Source of the DNA: Eledone cirrhosa
Taxonomy: Eukaryota
Assembly (NCBI GenBank): GCA_964016885.1
Contig: CAXHJY010000967.1
Coordinates: 135,354 to 199,353 of the forward strand
Length of the DNA stretch: 64,000 nt
Reading direction: 5' to 3'
The notes under the pieces were generated by a model. The model searched no databases. It was not told the DNA's origin and saw only the letters and a program-made list of their open reading frames with translations. A program made the translations under genes and the position numbers. Shown one piece after another: positions 57,731-64,000 of the stretch (the stretch's first letter is position 1; each line of letters starts with the position of its first letter).

Positions 57731-58317
57731 TAATTGTTTCTACTTTTGGCACAAGACCAGCAATTACCCAGTACATTACTGGTACTTTATTTTATCGACC
57801 CCATAAGGATGAAAGGCAAAGTTAACCTCTGCAGGATTTGAACTCAGAATGGCAAGGGCCGTAACTCTATGCGTCAAAGCATGGCGTCCGACCCTCTACT
57901 GATACTTCCAATCCATTCAGAAGAAATAATTATTTCTACTTTTGGCACAAGGCCAGCAATCACCAGTGTATTACTGGTGCTTTATTTTATCGACCCCGTA
58001 AGGATGAAAGGTAAAGTTAACCTCGACGGGATTTGAACTCAGACCATAAAGGGACGTAACTATGCTAGAAAGCATGACGTCCAACCCTCTACCGATACTG
58101 CCAATTCACCGCCCCTCGCGTCAAAGAAATAATTGTTTCTACTTTAGGCACAAGGCCAGCAATTACCCAGTGCATTACTGGTACTTTATTTTATCGACCC
58201 CGTAAGGATGAAAGGCAAAGTCAACCTCGGCGGGATTTGAACTCAGACCATAAAGGGACGTAACTATGCTGGAAAGCATGGCGTCCGACCCTCTACCGAT
58301 ACTGCCAATCTACCGCC
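57731..58317 (-). mobile_element. Three tandem SINE family 1 copies on the opposite strand
   Basis: Copies at about 57731, 57927 and 58130. Confidence 0.9.
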
Positions 58318-61300
58318 CTATCGCGTCAAAGAAATAATGACGTGGTAACAGTAGGTTACCTCCCCTAGAACACTTGAATTCAAATACGATGCTACACTAC
58401 AGCTATATATCATACTAGACTGTACCACACTACACTGTTTGTGCTACCTGTTCACTAGTATAGATATGAGAAAGGTGAATGAATAAGGTATGGGAATATC
58501 TGTTCACATGTTGTGGTTTAAAATCCGTGAACACTTAATTCTACATTTTCTCAGTTCACTTACCTTCTCAGGAATAGCTACTGGCTCATATAGGAAATTT
58601 ACATGTGGTAAACTAGTGTCCTATCCAAGGGAAGAGTCCACACCATAAAGCTAGTGACAGAAGTCATTTACATTAGGATAGTTCAAAAGAAGGGTTGAAT
58701 AAAACCATTTGCCTTGAGAAGTGTATAATTTAATGTTTTAGTCTTTGTCCTTCATCAGAGAATGGAGAAAAGAGACAAAAAGATGTTGTTACTTAGGTTA
58801 GAATACTGATACACTGCTACAACAGTAATGTATTACAATACTAATACTTAACTGCAACACATACTACAGTGATAGCAGCTTGTCCAATCTGAGGCAACTA
58901 TAGTCCCGCACCAAGTCACTGGAGCAACTCATCCAAGAGTCACTTATTGCTGCTGCTGTTGCCCACACAGAATCAGCCTTGCAGGATATAACACCCTGTT
59001 TTACAGAGGCTACCAAACTCTTCTGTCTGGAGGTCACCTTGCAGAAAACGGAGGTTCCACAAGCCTGCATCTCAGAAAAAATACCATCTTACCTGCACTC
59101 CATTAGTGAAACAAAGCTGAAGACAGTCCACCAGTTCAGCTGCCTGAAGTTCAAATGCCAAGATTGACAGCAGATTGGCAAAGGAAAACAATGTACCAAG
59201 TTGTTGTACTAACCATACTCCTGTATGGCTGTTGTGGGTTACTTACTGCCATCAACTACGAATCCTTGAGCATTTCAACCAGTGCTGCCTTTGCACCATA
59301 TTCAACATCAACTGAAGTGACTTTGTTACCAAGTTTGAAGCCCTTGAACAAGTAGAGGTCACCAGTAACAAGGCCATGCTGTTAAAGATGCAACCACACG
59401 GAGCAGGACATATTTTCGGGATGGAGAATCCTTTCCTTCCCAAGATAGTTCTGTAAGATGAACTCATTACTGGCCATTGAAACAGAGGAGCACCAAAGAA
59501 AAGGTGAAAGGACTCTCAGAAAACTCTGTTTTTCATCATTCTAAGTTCAAATCCCAATGAAGCCAGCTTTACCTTTCATCATTTTGGAGTTGATAAATAT
59601 AGTACCAGTTTAGGGTGGTGGGTATCAGGTCGTGTTAGAGCATAGGATGAGACACCTGGAGGAATCTGTCCCAGAACTTTGCACTCTGATGGAATAGCCG
59701 GCAACAATACTGGCGGAAAGTTGTATCAGCCTTTGCCTTTTCTTTGGATAATATCCATGGCATGGACTGGTGAAACTTACATACATACACAATTGATGTT
59801 CTTTTATGAAAAAAAAAACAAAACAAAAAAACCTTGTCCAGGCCTGCATTTCATATGCAGATCCATGGTCTAACAAAACATAGTGAGGCCCAAGAATTTA
59901 TATTTAAGATCGTTTAATTATATCAGTATCTTAGGTCAATGTGTGGTCAATAAAATGGATACATCACTGGCATCTATTTTATCAATCTCTAAATGGAAAG
60001 TCAAATCTTGTGGGATTTGAACTCATAGTTTTTAGCTTTATACCACTAAATTCTATCTTCAAATTCCATAAGAGACAAGTTGGCATTTTATTGATAACGT
60101 AAGTACCAGTTAATCTGTCATCAAGTTTAACACTAGCTGATGCTTGTGTGCCTTTTATAAGCACTTGAGTCAGGCTTTGCTCTGAAGTTAACTTCTTTCC
60201 ACCAGGTCCTGTAATGGGTGCTGCTCTTCCCTTTCTGACAAAGTTTTGTAATAATAATTGTTTCTACTTTTGGCACAAGGCCAGCAATCACCCAGTGCAT
60301 TACTGATACTTTATTTTATCGACCTCGTAAGGATGAAAGGCAAAGGGCCGTAACTCTATGCGTCAAAGCATGGTGTCCGACGCTCTACCGACACTGCCAA
60401 TCCAATAAAAATAATAATAATAACAAAGTAAGGCCATTGGGTACGCGATCATGCTAGGAATAACAGCCAAATTACATTCTACCATCTTGGGTAATGGGTA
60501 TAGGAGAAAGATGGGATGATCAGGGTTGGAACGCTTTTGATCATTAGTTTGCTTAATCAGAGCTATCTTTGTACTAAACAACAACAGCAATAAATAATGT
60601 TAAACATGCTAATAAGCCTTTAGGTGGTTAGTCATCCTACTAGAAATTATTGCTAAATCTCCCTCAAATCATACTCTGCCATCTTAAAATATAGAACACA
60701 TTGGATATAATCCTAAATATACTATGCCCCAAAAGAGGAGGGCTTGAACATTTTCCCTTCTAGTTCTATTCAATAAAACCTGACCTGGATTTAAACAAAA
60801 ATAACTTATCAGATTAAATAGATATTAGTCCTCGAACTAACATTTTCATTGCCTCACTGCATGCATAATTCGGCAGTATCGGTAGAGGGTCGGGCGCCAT
60901 GGTTTGAAGCATAGAGTTACCTCCCTTTATGACCTGAGTTCAAATCCCGCCGAGGTTAACTTTGCCTTTCATCCTTACGGGGTCGATAAAATAAAGTACC
61001 AGTAATGCACTGAGATAGTTGCTGGCCTTGTACCAAAACAATTATTTTAATAACATTCTAGAGTTGTTTCCCTTGTACATTGATCCCATTTTATCACATT
61101 CACCCATATTGCAAAGAAAATATTTTTGTTTATTCCACCCCCACTTTTTGGGGGTCTCATTCCATTAATGATGTTAAGGTCACTCTGTTTCAGCACATGA
61201 TATACAACTGTAAAGCACATACTTGTCTCATAAACTTCAACACACACACATTAAATTTATAATGGGGGTTATAAATTATTCTTAATAGGTGTAAAATTGG

Positions 61301-61769
61301 ATATGAGAGATAAGTGTGTGTGATAAATGTATGAAAGTTATTTTAACTTTTTTACTCCAAGACTCCCAGTACTATTAAGCTATGTTGAATTTCTTGAAAT
61401 ACACACACACACAGGCACAGACACACACACACACGCACACACACACACATATATAGTTGTATGGTTGCATGAAAAATGCGTCTGTAGGCGGTATGCTGGT
61501 TGAGCACTCGATGCTTGCGTAGAGCAGAGTGTAATACTATAAGGATAAGGAACAAGGATTCAGTGTTGCATTATATCATATTACATATGTTTCACTATCG
61601 ATCAGCTCAAGGCAAGACCTATTATAGATCGAACCTGACTGTCATTGAAAGGTCGTCAGATATATATATATATATATCTGTATCAACGTGCTTGTATTTT
61701 CATCGTTGTGGTGCCTTCTGTGGCGTTGTGGTGCTTTCTGTGGTAATTTGAATTTGTAAATTTACCGTT

Positions 61770-62200
61770 ACGCATATTTATTTTATTTTCTCTTGGTCTC
61801 TCACTTTGATGTTTTGTCTCTGGATCATATTCGAACATACATGATTCATCTCCTGTTATTACTTTATTCAAGAAATTTGGCTCAATTTCGAGTCTTTCTA
61901 GCAAATCCTGACAAATTTGCAACTGGTCTTTTGCTTTACAGACAAATTTTTGGGCACTAGATTTGCATAAATTTTTTCCATGTGCGAATCATCTGTTAAA
62001 ATTCTGTAAACTGCATTATCCAAGCCTGTTTCTCCTGCAATTATCCCAGCATTTAATTAGCGATCTTTTGCCATCACTGCTCACATCACTTCCACATTTT
62101 ATTCAGTTTTTGATTGGCCTTCCAGAACAAAGTTTGTCCTCAACATTTTCTTAGCTCTCTTTCAAAACTTTGTGCCACTTCTTCATAGAGCGGCATCTTC
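61770..62200 (-). mobile_element. Mariner transposase relic
   Basis: QICQDLLERLEIEPNFLNKVITGDESCMFEYDPETKHQS (ITGDE..YDPE motif). Confidence 0.8.
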
Positions 62201-62344
62201 ATAAGTTTAAGTTAAAGAATTAAAATAAAAACATTTCTAATTAGATTATTTTTATGCTCACTATGTTAAATATGTGAACACTAGCATATCTATAGTTTTC
62301 TTTATTACTCATAGGAAGTTGACTCTGCATCCTGTGCTATTCAC

Positions 62345-63165
62345 CATTATCATCATCATCGTTTTTATATCCATTTTTCCATGCTTGCATAGGTTTGACG
62401 AGTCCTTTTCAGTACAGCATCTCTCCACTTGCTGCATTCCCTCATCTCCTCTGTGAGTCTCAGTTATTTGAGATCTGCTCTCACTACTTCTGTCCTTGGT
62501 CTACCTCTACTGCGTTTTCCTACCATTGGGATTTCCTGGCACTTCTTCACCCAGCGATCATCATCCATGCACATCACATGCCCATACCAACACAGTCTTC
62601 TTTCTTGCTCACCACTTTGGATTACTTTTAAATCCAGTTTTTATCTCAGTTCATCCATTTACAATGCACATCCAACAATGCATGTTCTCTGCAGTCTCTG
62701 TCTATGTTTCACTACCAAGCAACATTACACACGGATGTCATACAGTTGTCCTTTTGTACATAGGTGGAAACCTTTTGTTATTAACAGTGGGAGTAGCACT
62801 CAAAACTTCTTCCATCCTATCCTGATTCTAGCTACTATGCTCTTGAAGCCCCCTCTTCTACTGATAATTAGATCTTCTAGGTAGCAGAAGTTAACAACTT
62901 CTATGGATCCTTCATGTGATTGGAAAGGATTTATATCACTGATGGTCTTCCATTGATTACTTGTGTATCTATTAAATACAAGGTCTTCCTTTCCTGTCAG
63001 TCTACCCATAAACCCACTACATGTCTTGTGTATCCAAAATGTATACATCGTATAGAGTTTACACCCACTCCTCTTTTACACGTTGGGCAGGGCCACCTCC
63101 CTGAAGGAATCAGGGTTCTATCTTCTTTCCTGCTTAGTGGCACTTTAGTTTTGGCTAAGGTTTTG
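62345..63165 (-). mobile_element. Decayed RTE LINE 3' fragment
   Basis: LAKTKV...WPCPTCKRGVG, WIHKTCSG, RIRIGWKKF and a (GAT)n tail. Confidence 0.85.
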
Positions 63166-63229
63166 ACTCCCAATTCTGTTTCCGAAGTCTCTCCCCCCCC
63201 CTCTCTCTCTCTCTCTCTCCATATATACA

Positions 63230-63390
63230 TGGAGACACAAGGCTTAGTGGCTAGAGCATTGGCCTTGCAATCGAAAGGTTGTGAGTTCAATTCTCAGACC
63301 GGGTGATGTGTTTCCTTGAGCAAAACACTTTATTTCACATTGCTCCAGTTTACTCAGCTGTAGAAATGAGATGATAGGGACTGGGATCCC
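63230..63390 (+). mobile_element. tRNA-derived SINE family 2 (close copy at 28615-28776 on minus; older relatives near 3896, 6410-6690, 27133-27360 and 33475-33720)
   Basis: A-box ggcttagtgg, B-box gagttcaatt and body ccttgagcaaaacactttatttcacattgctccagtttactcagctg. Confidence 0.8.
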
Positions 63391-64000
63391 TAATGGCAAG
63401 GGCCGTAACTCTATACGTCAAAACATGGCGTCCGACCCTCTGCCAATACTGCCAATCCTCAGTAATAATAATATTGACCAGTTGATTAAGGATGAAGGCA
63501 TTTTTTCTCAAAGCAAATAGAGCTAAATATATTGCATAGAGATACAGGAAAATACCTACAATAGACCAACTTGGTAGCCACCTAGGGTGCAGTGCTCAGA
63601 GAAACACATTACTCAACTTCAAAGGATCACAGTTTTATACAAATTTGAAAAATTATCTTCAATATATAGTTTCTTGCCATAAATAAATAAATCCTTAAAC
63701 ATCTTTGCTGCATAGCAGCATTGTGGAAATATCCCAAGTTGTGTAGAGAGTCATATGGTGTTATGACCTGTCACATGATTTGGCACATGTAGTAGAAAAT
63801 GCAGTGCTCATCATTTTCTCAGCGTAGTTAGAGCAAGAAGTGTCAAAATCTAGGTTTGTTAGCTTGCTAAACTGTAAGATGGAATTTATAGTTATACCTA
63901 GCTGGCCCGTCCGGCTGGCCGCCGTCTAGGTATACCTGCCCCCCCCCCCCCACTCCACTGCAAAGATACCACACACCCTCCCGTGTCACATTGTCCTTCC

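Noticed and set aside
58720-58770. CTGATGAaggacaaagact-aaaac on the minus strand
   Set aside because: GAAA is missing and there is no stem I or III; at most a very decayed relic.
61600-61660. gacctattatagatc-gaac-ctgactgtc, resembling a Penelope hammerhead 3' half
   Set aside because: No CUGANGA and GAAA is altered; too degenerate to call.
63898-64000. GC-rich ctagctggcccgtccggctggccgcc segment resembling a Helitron/Helentron-type terminus
   Set aside because: Truncated by the window edge, with no second end to confirm.

Overview
AT-rich, repeat-dense animal genomic DNA. The MetaSINE-like SINE and RTE LINE repertoire plus the (TA)n load suggest a coleoid cephalopod such as octopus (inference). 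The only recognisable host gene is the first coding exon of a MAP2K7/MKK7-like gene on the minus strand (37088-36956). No kinase-domain exons were found, so positions 1-36955 appear to be mostly or entirely one very large first intron, which holds several candidate cassette exons and microexons. The rest is mobile DNA: RTE LINEs (one with an intact 625-aa RT ORF carrying a PHD finger inside the RT), a CR1-type LINE, CRE-type RLE LINE fragments, a non-autonomous LTR element with a tRNA-Trp PBS, a Helitron PIF1 relic, a mariner relic, MITEs, two SINE families and a 4.3-kb TA-rich satellite. The most notable unannotated signal is a recurring module of a long fold-back palindrome next to a minimal type-I hammerhead ribozyme motif (Penelope/retrozyme-like). 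One motif has a complete core and lies on the sense strand of the MKK7-like intron. Repeat boundaries are approximate unless stated as exact.
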